NCBI GenBank assembly: GCA_043228905.1
Contig: JBHGNT010000012.1
Location: 3,162,001-3,226,000, forward strand
Source: Azolla caroliniana
Lineage: Eukaryota > Plantae > Polypodiophyta
Length of the DNA: 64,000 nucleotides
Direction of reading: 5' to 3'
In this document: positions 35,562-48,847 of the stretch, piece by piece
How the letters are laid out: each line of letters starts with the position of its first letter
Numbering within the stretch: the stretch's first letter is position 1
Translations under genes and position numbers: made by a program
Notes under the pieces: generated by a model
Databases searched by the model: none
What the model was told of the DNA's origin: nothing
The model's input: the letters and a program-made list of their open reading frames with translations, nothing else

Positions 35562-38500
35562 TGTTGGGAGACAGGTCCCTCCGGATGGGAAGGGAGAAGA
35601 ACAGTGCCGATGAAACCGTATGAGGAGAACCCGGCTACGGAGAGCCGGATGATACAGACCCGATAAAGACCGGATAAAGAGTACCCGGCTACGGAGAGCC
35701 GGATGGTGCAGACCCGGTGAAGAACGGATGAGGAGGACCCGGCTACGGAGAGCCGAATGGTGCAGACCCAGTGAAAACCGGATGAGGAGTACCCGGCTAC
35801 GGAGAACCGGATGAAGAGACATATTCGTAAATATGTTTTCTGATAGTCCATCGAGGCTATATTTGTAAATAGCCAAAAAGTCATATTAGTATAAATATGA
35901 CTTAGGGCAAACTAATAAGTAGTTGTTGTCATTCTTGTTGGTGCAAGAATAGAGTGTGTGCGTAACTGTACAGAGAGAGAGAGAAAGAGGTCGTTGCCTC
36001 TGTTGTAACCGCCGCCTGTGGCGAAGATCTGTGAGCACGAGGTCGTTGCCTTAGTGAACTCACCATTGTACATTCTTACATAGTGATAGTTTGCAGCATG
36101 TGGGCTGCCGTGGTTTTTTCCCCTAGTTTGGGGTTTTCCACATAAACCTCCTGTGTACCTCGTCTCTCCTTTGTGTCGTGTTTTATTTCCCGTTTTCTGT
36201 GTATCATTCTAAGCTCGGTTGTGGCCGAGTGTTGAGTTCTCGTCAAGTGGTATCAGAGCGAAACGACACAGAAAATGGACGAATCGTTTGGCGGCATGTT
36301 CAAGCTCACCGGCTCCAACTATTCAGTGTGGAAGTCGAAGATGAGGGATATGCTCGTGGTAAAAGATCTCTGGCTGCCGGTTCAGTTCGGGGACAAGAGA
36401 CTGGACAAAATCGACGCCGCGATATGGGAGGTGATGCACATGAAGACAACGGCGTACATACGGTGCTTCATTGACATGGGCCTGTACAACAACTTCAATG
36501 AAGAGAGCAAGGCTCATGAGCTCTGGGAGAAGATCGGCATAATGTTTCAAAACAAAAATGCGGTCAATCAGGTGTCGGTATTCCGGAAGCTAGTAAGACT
36601 CCGGTACCAAGATGGCTCCAGCATGGCGGAGCATATGAATGCCTTCCAGGGGCTGATACACCAGGAAACGTCATTGAAGTACCTCTTGCCGATGAGGTAC
36701 TAGCGCTACTCCTGCTCGGTTCCCTCCCGGATAGCTGGGAGACGTTGGTTGTCACTTTGGGCAATGCCGGGCCGGAAGGAAAGCGGTTATCCCTAGCAAG
36801 AGTAAAGTCGAGCTTGCTAGATGAGGAGGCGCGTCGGAAAGACAAAGATACGAGCTCCGACTCCAAAGCGCTTCTTACCGAATCGGAACGCGGAAGACAT
36901 AGAAACCGTAGTCCCTAGAACCGGGAGAAGTCGGGGACACGGTCAAAGTCAAGGGGAAGGCCTACTTGCTTCTATTGCGGCAAGCCGGGACACTTCCAAA
37001 AGAACTGTCGGCATTTCCGTAAAGACAAGGAAACCGACGGTACCGATTCGAAGCAAACCCCGGACCGGAACGGTAAAGATCGGAGGGGAACGGACCGGAA
37101 GGGAACGACGACAATCGCGGCAAGTGAAGAAGAGTTGATGCTCATCACCGAGGAGTGTGAGATAAACCTTGCCGGCGACGAGATGACCTGGGTGGTAGAC
37201 TCCGGAGCATCGTTCCACCTTACTCAGCCGGTGACCACGGCTGTGTCCGGATGGGGAATGAAGGTACATGCCAAATTGTCGGCATAGGAGACGTGTGGCT
37301 ATCAACACCAACCGGATGCAAGTTGCTGCTGAAGGATGTCCGACACGTTTCGGAGGTTCAACTGAACCTGATATCAGCCGGTCGGCTAGATGATGAGAGC
37401 TACACGGGTAGCATCCGGAACGGTGTCATGAAGTTCAGCAAAGGGAGCCTGATTGTGGCTCGGGCCCGGAAGGTCAACACACTGTACCTGATGAATGCCC
37501 GGTTATGCCCGGAAGAAGTGAACGTGGCTTCCGACACTGCTGGTGAGCTGTGGCACAAGAGGCTGTGTCACATGAGCGAGAAGGGGATGAAGAGGCTTGC
37601 AGACGACAACCTTATTCCAGTGAAGAACGTGCACTTAGAGAACTGCACTGATTGTCTGGCCGGTAAGCAGAACCGGACCTCCTTCCGACCAAGGCCACCG
37701 ATGAGACGTAATGCACCACTGGAGTTGGTGCATACGGATGTGTGTTAGGTAGACACGAAGTCACATGCCGGAGCGCAGTACTTCGTGACTTTCATAGATG
37801 ACCACAACCGGAAGCTGTGGGCCACACCGTTGAAGACGAAGGATCAGGTGCTATCCGTCTTCAAAGAGCTCCATGCGAGAGTGGAAAGAGAAACCGGCCG
37901 GAAGCTGAAGGTGGTTCGAGCAGATAACGAAGGTGACTACCGGGGGCAGTTCGAGGAGTACTGTCGCTCGAAGGGAATCCGGCTCGAATTTACCGTGCCG
38001 AAGAAACCGGAACTAAACGGACTGGCCGAGAGGATGAACCAGACCATAATGGAGAGGGTCCGGAGTATGCTAGCGCATGCAAAACTACCCAAGAAGTTTT
38101 GGGCTGAGGCACTGTCGACGGCGACATATGTGATAAATATATCACCCTCAGTACCCTTGGACGGAGACACGCCACAGAGAGTGTGGACCGGTAAGGAAGT
38201 ATCCTACCGGCATCTGAAGGTGTTCGGATGTCTCGCGTACGTGCATGTAGCTAAGGACCGGAGAGGAAAGCTAGATCCAAAGACCTGGCCATGCATATTC
38301 CTCGGTTACGGTGACGATGAGTTCGGCTACCGAGTGTGGGACCTGGTCGACAAGAAGGTATTCCGGAGTCGAGATATTATCTTCATGGAGAACAAGACGC
38401 TCGCCGACTGGGAGTCGGAGGAGAAGATAATGAACTCCGAGTCGACCGGTAAGGATCGACTCTACGATGAGCAGACCCAACCGGCGAGAGACCGGTTAGC

Positions 38501-41268
38501 ACTCGAAGAACCAGCCGGATACGGTGAGGATACCGAACCGGCAGAAGAAGAAGTAGAGGAAGCTGAAACCGGAACCGGCCAAGACCCCGAATCAGATTTG
38601 GGTGAAGAGCAGATGGATGAGCCGGTCACCGAAGCCCAGAGACGGAGATATCCTCTCAGAGAGAGAAGGGCCCCCGGAGATTTCCGGATGCAGAGCATGT
38701 TCTGCTGACCGATGAGGGGGAGCCGGAAAGCTTCAAAGAAGCGAAGGATGACACCCACAACCGAAAATGGTTAAGTGCCACGCAGGATGAGATGGATTCC
38801 CTGCATGAGAACCATACGTACGAATTGGTGGAGTTGCCGAAAGGAAAGCGGGCACTCCGAAACAAGTGGGTGTACAAGTTGAAACCGGGAGATGCCGGAA
38901 ACCCCCCGAGGTACAAAGCCAGGATCGTGGTGAAGGGGTTCCAGTAGAAGAAGGGCGTGGACTTCGACGAGATATTTGCCCCGGTAGTAAAGATGACCTC
39001 CATCCGGACGGTGCTGAGTATAGCGGCAAGCATGGACCTTGAGGTAGAACAGCTGGACGTGAAGAAGACATTCCTTCACGGCGACCTCGAAGAGGAGATC
39101 TACATGCAGCAACCGGAAGGATTTGTAGAGAAAGGGAAGGAGCACCTGGTATGCCGGTTGAAGAAGAGTCTCTACGGGTTGAAGCAGGCCCCCCGACAGT
39201 GGTACCGGAAGTTCGACTCCTTCATGACCGATCAAGGGTACCACAAGACATAGGCCGATCACTGTGTGTTTGTGAAGAAGTTCGAAGGAGGCGACTTCCT
39301 AATACTCCTATATGTGGATGACATGTTGATCGTCGGACGGGACCAAGTCAAAATAAGGATGCTGAAGAAGGCTCTCAACCGAACCTTCTCAATGAAAGAC
39401 TTGGGTCCGGCAAGACAGATGTTGGGGATGCACATCATTCGGGACCGGTCAAAGAAGCAATTATGGCTGTCACAGGAGAAGTACGTGACAAAGGTGCTTC
39501 ACCGGTTCAACATGTCAGAAGCGAAACCGGTCGGATCGACACTTCCGGCAAACTGCAAGCTATCCGGCAAGCAAAGCCCGAAGACGAAAGCAGAGAAGGC
39601 GGATATGATGAAGATTCCATATGCCTTTGCTGTCGGGAGCTTGATGTACGCAATGGTTTGTACTCGACCGGATATAGGATACGTAGTCGGAGTGGTGAGC
39701 CGGTTCATGAGCAATCCCGGCAAAGAGCACTGGAACGCGGTCAAATGGATACTCCGGTATTTGAAGGGCACTTCAAATATGTGTCTCCGATTCGGCTCCG
39801 GAAAACCTCAACTGGACGGTTTCACTGATTTGGACATGTCGGCTGATGTGGATACCAGCCGGTCTACATCCGGGTATGTGATGACATAGGCAGGGGGAGC
39901 TGTTTCGTGGCAGTCAAGGCTGCAGAAGACGGTTGCATTGTTGACCACAGAGTCGGAGTACATGGCAGCTGTGGAAGCTGGCAAGGAAATTTTATGGATG
40001 AAGGACTTCATCGGAGAGCTCGGTATACGGCAAGAGGAATACCGACTCTATTGCGACAGTCAAAGTGCCATCCACCTTGCTAAGAATGCGGCCTACCATT
40101 CCCGGACGAAGCATATCCAGCGGAGGTATCACTGGATCCGGGAAAGAGTAGATGACCAGGAGTTCGCACTGACGAAGATCCATACGGCGGAGAACGGGTC
40201 AGATATGCTGACCAAAGTGTTGACACCCGACAAGCTGGACGCATGCCGGAAGAGGATCGGACTGGTAAGACACCCCTTGCCGGAGTGAAGGGGGAGTTTG
40301 TTGGGAGACAGGTCCCTCCGGATGGGAAGGGAGAAGAACAGTGCCGATGAAACCGTATGAGGAGAACCCGGCTACGGAGAGCCGGATGATACAGACCCGG
40401 TAAAGACCGGATGAAGAGTACCCGGCTACGGAGAGCCGGATGGTGCAGACCCGGTGAAGACCGAATGAAGAGTACCCGGCTACGGAGAGCCGGATGGTGC
40501 AGACCCGGTGAAGACCGGATGAGGAGTACCCGGCTACGGAGAGCCGGATGATACAGACCCGGTAAAGACCGGATGAAGAGTACCCGGCTACGGAGAGCCG
40601 GATGGTGCAGACCCGATGAAGACCGGATGAGGAGTACCTGGCTACGGAGAGCCGGATGATACAGACCCGGTAAAGACCGGATGAAGAGTACTCGGCTACG
40701 GAGAGCCGGATGGTGCACACCCGGTGAAGACCGGATGAGGAGTACCCGGCTACGGAGAGCCGGATGGTACAGACCCGGTGAAAACCGGATGAGGAGTACC
40801 CGGCTACGGAGAACCGGATGAAGAGACATATTCGTAAATATGTTTTCTGATAGTCCATCGAGGCTATATTTGTAAATAGCCGAAAAGTCATATTAGTATA
40901 AATATGACTTAGGGCAATCTAATAAGTAGTTGTTGTCATTCTTGTTGGTGCAAGAATAGAGTGTGTGCGTAACTGTACAGAGAGAGAGAGAAAGAGGTCG
41001 TTGCCTCTGTTGTAACCGCCGCCTGTGGCGAAGATCTGTGAGCACGAGGTCGTTGCCTCAGTGAACTCACCATTGTACATTCTTACATAGTGACAGTTTG
41101 CAGCCTGTGGGCTGCCGTGGTTTTTTCCCCTAGTTTGGGGTTTTCCACATAAACCTCCTGTGTACCTCGTCTGTCCTTTGTGTCGTGTTTTATTTCCCGT
41201 TTTTTGTGTATCATTCTAAGCTCGGTTGTGGCCGAGCGTTGCGCATAAGGAGCGTTGAGTTCCCGTCA
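35562..41268 (+). mobile_element. Ty1/copia LTR retrotransposon nested in gypsy pol
   Basis: LTRs 35562-36245 and 40299-41268. TSD catgg. PBS tggtatcagagc at 36248-36259. PPT gaagggggag. gag-PR-INT-RT(LYVDD)-RH over 36275-40288, with frameshifts and stops. Confidence 0.96.
40368..40820 (+). repeat. 54-bp tandem array in the copia LTR U3 (8 full units; 3 full units in the 5' LTR at 35631-35810)
   Basis: ccggctacggagagccggatg recurs every 54 bp. Confidence 0.95.
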
Positions 41269-43909
41269 CATGGCTTTCGAGAGTCTTAAAAAGGCATTTA
41301 CATCGGCTCCAATTCTAGCTCATGTCGATCCAGAAAAACCATTCATTATCGAAGCTGACGCATCGGATTTTGCATTGGGGAGCATTCTGTCACAACAGGG
41401 GAATGATGAGAAGCTACATCCTGTGGCTTTTCATTCATGCAAGTTTGACGCCGCCAAAATCAACTACGAAATTCATGATAAGGAGCCATTGGCAATAGTG
41501 GATTCTTTTATGCAATGGAGGCATTTTCTGGAGGGATCCTCTCATTCGGTCACCGTATTTAGTGACCACAAGAACCTTGCCTACGTTCAGGATGCTCGTG
41601 TGTTGAATCAACGTCAAGCACGGTGGGCCCACTTCCTCACGCGTTTCGACTTCAAAATTACATATCGTCGGGGGAAGCACCAAGGGAAGGCAGATACATT
41701 ATCACGACGTTCGTATTTAGCACCCCGTCCCGGCGAGCCAACTTTCGATAACCAAAAACAAGTCATCTTGGGACCGGCACGACTACAAGCAACACAGATC
41801 TTTGACATGCCCATGGATTCCCGCGTTATCGATACCATACGCGAAGACTTGGAGACAGATGCGTTCGCCCAAGCTATACTAGCACAAATTGATCCCTCTC
41901 GAGCATCGTGTTCACAGTCGCAACCACCAGGTACAGACTATCATCAATTCAAATACCATGATGGATTACTCTTCTTTAAAGAACTTTTGTATGTTCCTAA
42001 TGGTTCTTACTGCCTTCAAGTAGTACAAAACTGTCATGACACATATACAGCTGGGCATTTTGGTAGTACTAAAACGTTACATTTAGTACAACGATCATTC
42101 TGGTGGCCCTGTATGCGACAATTTGTCGAGGATTTTGTTCGGATGTGTGATACATGCTGTAGAGCGAAAATGCCAAGGCATCATCCATATGGTTTATTAC
42201 AACCATTACCAATTCCAAGCAAGCCGTGGCAATCCATTGCTCTAGACTTCATCACAGATCTTCCAGTCTCTAAGGGGTTCAATGCGATTCTAACGGTGGT
42301 CGATCGATACACGAAGATGGCTCATTTCTTGCCAAGTACTAAGGAGATCTCCAGTGAAGACACTGCCGAAATTGTCATGCGTGAAGTATGTCGGCATCAT
42401 GGACTTCCTGATAGTATCATTAGCGACCGTGGATCCCAGTTCGTGTCAAAATTCTAGAAGCACCTTTTTAACATGCTCAAGGTCACTTGTAACCTCTCCT
42501 TCGGCTACCACCCACAAACCGACGGCCAAGCCGAACGAACCAATCAAACACTGGAGCAGTATCTGCGGTGCTTTCTCAGCTATCATCAGGATGACTGGGC
42601 AGATATTCTCCACTTCGCCGAATTTTCCTATAACAACTCTATCCACGCATCCACTAAAGTTACGCCATTTTATGCTTATAAGGGATGCCACCCCCGGTGG
42701 TGTGTACTTGAAACCCAGAGGTGTCCACAAATCCTTGCACAGAGGATCGTTTAGAGAGGTTATGCAAGATACAAGCGGATTTATCTACTTTTCTCCAACA
42801 AGCTCAAGAAAAACACAAGGTTTATGCGGATCGTCATCGACTCCCATCTAGTTTTAACATTGGAGATCGGGTATGGCTACTCCGACGACACATCAAGACT
42901 ACTCGCCCATGCGAGAAATTGGATTATCGGTGATTAGGTCCCTTCCGTATTATAGGAAAGATTAATGATGTCGCTTTTCGTCTTGATCTACCTCTACAAC
43001 TTCGCATACATCTGGTGTTTCATAGTTCTCTCCTTGAACCCTATCAAGAGAGCACCATCCCAGGATGTATTACATAGCCTCCACCCCCGATCGAGCTTGA
43101 AGATGGACCTGAGTACGAGGTTGTCGCCATCCTTGATTCCAAGCTTGTTCGCAACAAGCTCTACTATCTATTCGATTGGCTAGGATATAGCCCCAACGAG
43201 CGTACTTGGGAACCGATAGAGAATGTCACCAATGCTCGTGCTCTTCTTGAAGACTTCCATCGTCAATATCCAAACAAACCGGGTCCTCAATCCAAAACGA
43301 CTCGTTACACTCGTCATTTTTAAAGGGGGATAGTGTCATGATATGGCAAGACTCGAACCCATGACCTTATGCTACATGGGTTGAGCTCTTGACCATCAAA
43401 CTATACATTGTAATATGTAGAATATTATTTTCTTTTATGTTTTATTATAGAAAATTGATGTATATTCCAGATTTCTCTGGAACATTCTAGAAACTTCAGG
43501 AGTATTCCTTAGAACACTATAAAAGGAGGGATAAGGCATTATTTCGAACCAAATCGGTTCAACGCCAGTCTTAAGCCTCCTAGCTACTGTACATTTTCTT
43601 CACATAATATATATCTTTTCTTATCATCACTCTCTCTTTCTCTCTCGATCTCTCTCTCCCTCCCTCTCAGTCACTCTTTCCTTCTCTCGAGAGTTCTTCA
43701 CCTCTCTTACTACTAATACTTCTTTTAGTACTAATTCCTTCTCTGTCTTAGGACTGTTCCTGACAGAGTCGAACTTTTGACCTATTGTGTTTGTATGCTA
43801 CAATAGTTGGTTATCGGCAAGTTAACACTATATTTTGGCACGCTTGATTACATCTACTATACGCGGAGAACAAGGAGAATGGATGTCGTCTAGTTGACCG
43901 AATTGAGAT

Positions 43910-44190
43910 TTGTGCAAAAGAATCGGCCAACCAACTGAACATGATCGAATGCTGCATCAACCGGCCCTACCATTATGGGCCTATCAAACAACGTACAAGA
44001 CAATGATAAGATTAGAGGCACCGTTTAGGATGGCGTTCAGATTAGAGGCAATGATGCCAACCGAATTTCAGATTCTGACTCTCCGAGTACATATAACAGA
44101 ACGACTAGATGAGGAGCAATCGGAATAGATTTGGATGGAACAACTTCTTCTGCTAGAAGAGAGTCGGCTATAGGCAATGTGTCATTTGAA
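43910..44190 (+). pseudogene. Athila/Tat-type integrase remnant
   Basis: LWAYQTTYK...PFRMAFRLEAMMPTEF resembles the ALWAYRTAYK...PF.LVYG.EA.LP integrase motif. Confidence 0.65.
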
Positions 44191-44239
44191 GTAGAGGAAA
44201 ACTAAGAATTTGTTGTTGAATCATTATTATTGTATAGTT

Positions 44240-44598
44240 AGTTGAGGTCGTTCCCTCTGGATCTAAGAGAGAGAGAGAGAAAGAGAGAGTGAGTATTAGT
44301 GAGTGACTACTCAGTAACTGTTTTGTTTGTCAGACGAAGATCTCGAGGTCGCTGCCTCAGAGTTTCTTATTGTACTTTCTTGCAACATGGTGATTATGTT
44401 CTTGGGGTTTGTGGACCCCCGTGGTTTTTCCCTTTCGGGTTTTCCACGTAAAATATCTTGTGTCTTTGTATCTTCTCGTTTTTTGTTTTCTGCTCTTTGT
44501 TTTTTGTTTGTGCATTATTCTACTCGGTTTTTTGCACCCGAATATACGAACGAGAACAAATTGTGGCCAGTAATGATCCTAACATATTCACCCCAACA
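44240..44598 (+). mobile_element. Partial copia-type LTR
   Basis: Shares gaggtcg.tgcctcag and gtggtttttccc...gggttttccac with the 35562-41268 LTRs, and ends ccccaaca. Confidence 0.55.
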
Positions 44599-44599
44599 T

Positions 44600-44877
44600 G
44601 TGTGGTAACATCGTCTAAGACCAAAATGTCTATCACACCACACATTCCAATATTTATTTCTTGCATTTCCATTGAAGATGAAGTACCACTAGATTGTCTT
44701 GCATGCCCATCACCTTTGGATTTAGTATTACCCTTTTCTTTATTTTTCAAAGAGTAACAATCTTTGTTGAATCCCTTATTATGGCAATAATGACACTCAA
44801 TGTTTATTTTCCTAGACTTGCTTCTACTTCTATAATTTCCTCTATTGTTCCTAGTTTGGGTCCTACCACATTGTTGG
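44600..44877 (-). pseudogene. Copia gag zinc-knuckle fragment related to the 8.4-10.3 kb element
   Basis: tatggcaataatgacactcaatg (IECHYCH) and cctaccacattgttgg are shared with 9860-9960. Confidence 0.65.
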
Positions 44878-47168
44878 TGTCATGAACATCGACTCGAATG
44901 TGAACCTTAGGCCCTTGTATATATATTTCTCCTAGACAAACTTTAGACTTCAAACCTTTGTATAAAGAGTGGTATGTAAGACTCAATATGTAAGACTCAG
45001 TATGTAAGACTTGGCATGCAAGAATTAGTATGCTTGATATTATAGTATGTAAGACTTGGCATGAGCATGCTTATCATGCATCACTACATGTATAAAAGGG
45101 GTTGATCTCCCTTGTTAACATCAAGGAGATCAACACCAGTCATGGAATAGATATTTTTACTCATTGTCATCAACCTCTCGATCTCCCTATCTCATCAACT
45201 TCCCCATCTCTTTACCCCCAATTGTTCATCCGTGACAGATTGATCTCCTTCCTTCCTTCTTTCATTCTTTCCTTCTTTCCTTCTTTCTCAATACACTATC
45301 ATGTCAGAAGCATCTAGTAATCTTGAGCAAATTTTGGCGGTCGTGCAACAACTCCAACATGAAAATGTGAACTTGCGAAACTCCGTTCAAGAACTTCAGG
45401 TAGCACACCGGTTATACCTCACCCGATTGTTGACCCTTATGCTGTAGAACCCAATGTTAACTTGCCAGACAAATTCGATGGAACAAGGTCACGACTAAGA
45501 GGTTTCATCAACCAAATCCGCCTTATTATGCGTCTTCAACCCCGACGCTATTTTGATGACTTTCGACAAGTTGGGCTCATCGGCACGTTGCTGACAGGAC
45601 AAGCACAAGCTTGGTTTGCCCCGCTAGTGGAAACCTCTTCACCTCTCTTGAATGACTTCCAAGCATTTCTTACCGAATTTGGGGCAACTTTTGGGGAGAC
45701 CGACAAACGACGAGCCGCACTCAACAAACTATATGCGTTACAACAAGGCAATCTTACAACATCAATGTATGCATCCGAATTTCGTTAGCTCGCGTGCGAT
45801 GTCAAGTGGGATGGACAAGCCCTCCTCGATCAATTCCACCGAGGATTACGAGGTGAGATAAAAAATCTTTTACTTAATTTTCCTGAGCCCACATCTTTGA
45901 ATGAGGCTATTTCCCAAGCTGTGCACTGTGATAACCGTCTCTTTGAGTTCTGGCAAGAGGAACGTCCTCACCGGATCCATCCACCTTGGCCAGCCGCTAC
46001 GCGAAGTCACCTACCATGGTTGACGACACCGCCTCCCATGTCATCCTCCACTTCATCTTCAACTCCCACCACAGATTCTAGCTCGCCAATGGAGATCGAT
46101 CGAATTCGCTATCGACCATTGACTAATGCGCAACGACAACATCGACGGGCCAACAATTTATGTCTCTATTGTGGCGGCCCTGACCATTTGATCCGCTCTT
46201 GCCCATAAAAGGGACCCCGTCAAACACCACATCGTGTGGATGGGGTTGACATTTTCGGCCAATAGGAAAACTCCAATGTCCAGTTGCAGTAGGGGTTGTG
46301 CATCTGGACCACAAGAGTCGGCAATTATGTCAAGGGCCCAATCAACCGACTTCCTTGACAACAAGTTTCACGATTCCGATCACTCTTTAGTTTGGCTCTA
46401 CCACTCTGAAGACAAAAGCTTGGTTGGATTCTGGGGCTACGTCGTGCTTTATTGACATCATGTTTGCACGGAAACACAACATTCCAAGCAACAAATTAAC
46501 CGTCCCGATTCCAGTTGAAGTGATCGACGGCCAAATGCTCTCTTCTGGTGCCATCACAAATACAACAATTCCCTTGGGTCTCCACATAGGAGCCCACCAA
46601 GAAGAAATCACTTTAAACCTCATCACATCACCTCGAAATCCTATCATCTTGGGGTTATCATGGCTCGAAACTCATAATCTAGTCGTGGATTGGCGATCTC
46701 GCTCCATCGATTTCACCTCGAATTTTCACTCACAAGGTATTATGTCCACCCGTCTTCGAGCCAATGCTTCGCCATTTGTTTGGCCGCCTACTCTGGTGAG
46801 GACCATCTCAACGGTTGCTCCCACTCATGTTTCAGGGGAAATTCCCATTTCTGCTCCGGTGAGGACCACGTTATCGGTCGCTCCCATTTCCTCTTCAGCG
46901 AGAACCATGTTAGTGGTTGCTCCAATAGAAACAATATCGATAGTTAGTCCCGTGTCGGCCTCGGAAACAGTTCCAACTCTTGCTCGGGTAAGCGATACAA
47001 ATGCTGATTGCATCCATTTCTAATTCTAAGGACATGGCGGTCATGTCCACTCCAGATACTACCCTATGTACTAGCTCCTTTCCATCAAAATATACTGATT
47101 TCTCTGATGTATTTGAGAAGAAAAATGCTGATCGCCTGCCCGAACATCGCCCATACGATTGTCCAATT
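44878..47168 (+). mobile_element. 5' part of a Tcn1-like gypsy element (LTR, gag, protease), cut by the next insertion
   Basis: LTR 44878-45237 (tgtca...tgaca). Gag PDKFDG...CLYCGGPDHLIRSC. PR DSGATSCFID. The frame breaks at HRPYDCPI, where a new LTR begins. Confidence 0.9.
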
Positions 47169-47669
47169 TGTCACGGATCATAAACTCAAGAGACAACGAA
47201 GAAGATAACCAAATGGACAAGAAAGAAGATAGTACTAAAGGAAAGACTCCATAACTGGTGTTGTTCACCTTGAATTCCTTCAAGGTGAACTCCTCTATTT
47301 ATACTACATGGCATGCATACCTGGGTTGAAGCATGCTACGGTGTACCAACTTTTGGCCAAAAATTTAGTACTAAATCGAAGAAGAAAATAAACATTAAAA
47401 ATTGTAAATAAGTTTCAAAAAACAAAAAACAAATTCATTACGTCACACTCGAATGCACAAAGATATTGTACGTCACACTCGAAATGTCCCTAGGCCATAT
47501 TTAATACATTAATTGTTGCCCCAGTCTCCTAGGTAGAGTTGTACGAAAGCACACCTGGAGAAGGTATCCATTGTGACAGTTGGTCAGTCTCAGTATCTCT
47601 CTCTCTCTCTCTCTCTGGTATGGGTAGTCGAACGTGTCAATTGGTATGTCTCTCTCTCTCACTCACTCA

Positions 47670-47716
<47 letters not shown>

Positions 47717-48006
47717 GTCTCGAAGTTGTCAGACAGACAGTGGCAGAAAGTTAAAGAAAGACGACATATATATTACAGGTCTATCTCTCTGTTTCTTTCT
47801 TTCACTCCACCTTCGATTCTTTCTGTTTTTTTCTTTCAAAGCTCTGTTTCTTTCTTTCTTTCTGTTTCTCTCTCTCACTCCACCTTCGATGCTCTGTTTC
47901 CCCGTGTAGCTGTTCTTGTGTTCCCCTCTGTGCCAGGTTCGATCTCTGAACGTAGAGATTTTTGTTTCCCCTGCTCGTTGTATGTGTTGTTGATTTTCCT
48001 TCCTTG

Positions 48007-48298
48007 TGTATGCTCGTTTGTTTCCTCTGTCTATGCTCGTTTGTCTCCTCTGCAGCAGCCTCGTTTGTCGAAATCAACACGGTCTGGTACCTCTGCAAGT
48101 TGTACAACCTCCAGGTATTCTCTGTGTTGCATGCCCAATACTCAATGTTTTCTTTTTCTGAATGTTTCCTGTCTGTCTGTATGCTCGTTTGTTTCCTCTG
48201 TCTATGCTCGTTTGTCTCCTCTGCAGCAGCCTCGTTTGTCGAAATCAACACGGTCTGGTACCTCTGCAAGTTGTACAACCTCCAGGTATTCTCTGTGT
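48007..48298. repeat. About 120-bp direct duplication (period 171 bp) upstream of the cargo gene
   Basis: tgtatgctcgtttgtttcctctg...ggtattctctgtgtt at 48007 and 48178. Confidence 0.9.
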
Positions 48299-48847
48299 TT
48301 TTGTTTTCTCTGTGTTTCTCTGTGTTCCTTTTAAAAATGTATGAAAATATTTTGATCGAGGTGGTTGTGTGTTAGACATGTTTGTACATGCAACGTAAAT
48401 GGAGTTGGCTATGATGAGTTGCTATGTTTTCGTTTTGTTCTTGTTTCTTGTCCATCTGTTTTATTTTGTGTGAGTTTGACATGGATGAGTGTTTTTCCGA
48501 CTATTTTGGGTTTTTGTGTGTTTGACATGGCTTGTACATGCGATGTGATGGAGTTGGCTATGATGATTTACAATGTTTTCGTTGGCTTGTGATGGAGTTG
48601 GCTTGTGTGTTTTACGATGTGATGGAGTTGGCTTGTACATGCGATGCGATGATTTACAATGATTTACAATGATGGAGTTGGCTATGATGATTTACAATGG
48701 AGTTTTTTTCCGACTATTTAGGGTTATTGTGTGTTTGACATGGTTTGTACATGCAATGAGATGATTTGCTATGTGTTGATGGTAATTGCTTGAGTTTTCT
48801 TCTAGTACATGCATATTCATTTCCTGAGAATTGTGTTGACTAGGACA

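Larger units (their letters stand above)
32384..43765 (+). mobile_element. Tcn1-like Ty3/gypsy chromovirus, decayed and interrupted by a copia
   Basis: LTRs 32384-32825 and 43334-43765. TSD gagtc. PPT aaagggggatag. Gag, PR LDFGAN, RT YLDD, RH, INT and chromodomain (EYEVVAILDS), with premature stops. Confidence 0.95.
22544..43827 (+). mobile_element. Old LTR (Tat/Athila-type gypsy?) split by two nested elements
   Basis: Removing 22619-31973 and 32384-43765 rejoins tgttagccgata...tatcggcaagttaaca, with a TATA near 32151. It is followed by a PBS-like tggcacgc and an integrase remnant. Confidence 0.55.

Noticed and set aside
40080-40891. Minus-strand 249-aa and 230-aa ORFs with 18-aa repeats
   Set aside because: Translation by-products of the 54-bp LTR array.
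47539-48592. Leu/Ser/Cys-rich ORFs at the left end of the transposon
   Set aside because: They derive from (CT)n tracts and a direct duplication, probably the promoter, 5' UTR and leader intron of the cargo gene.
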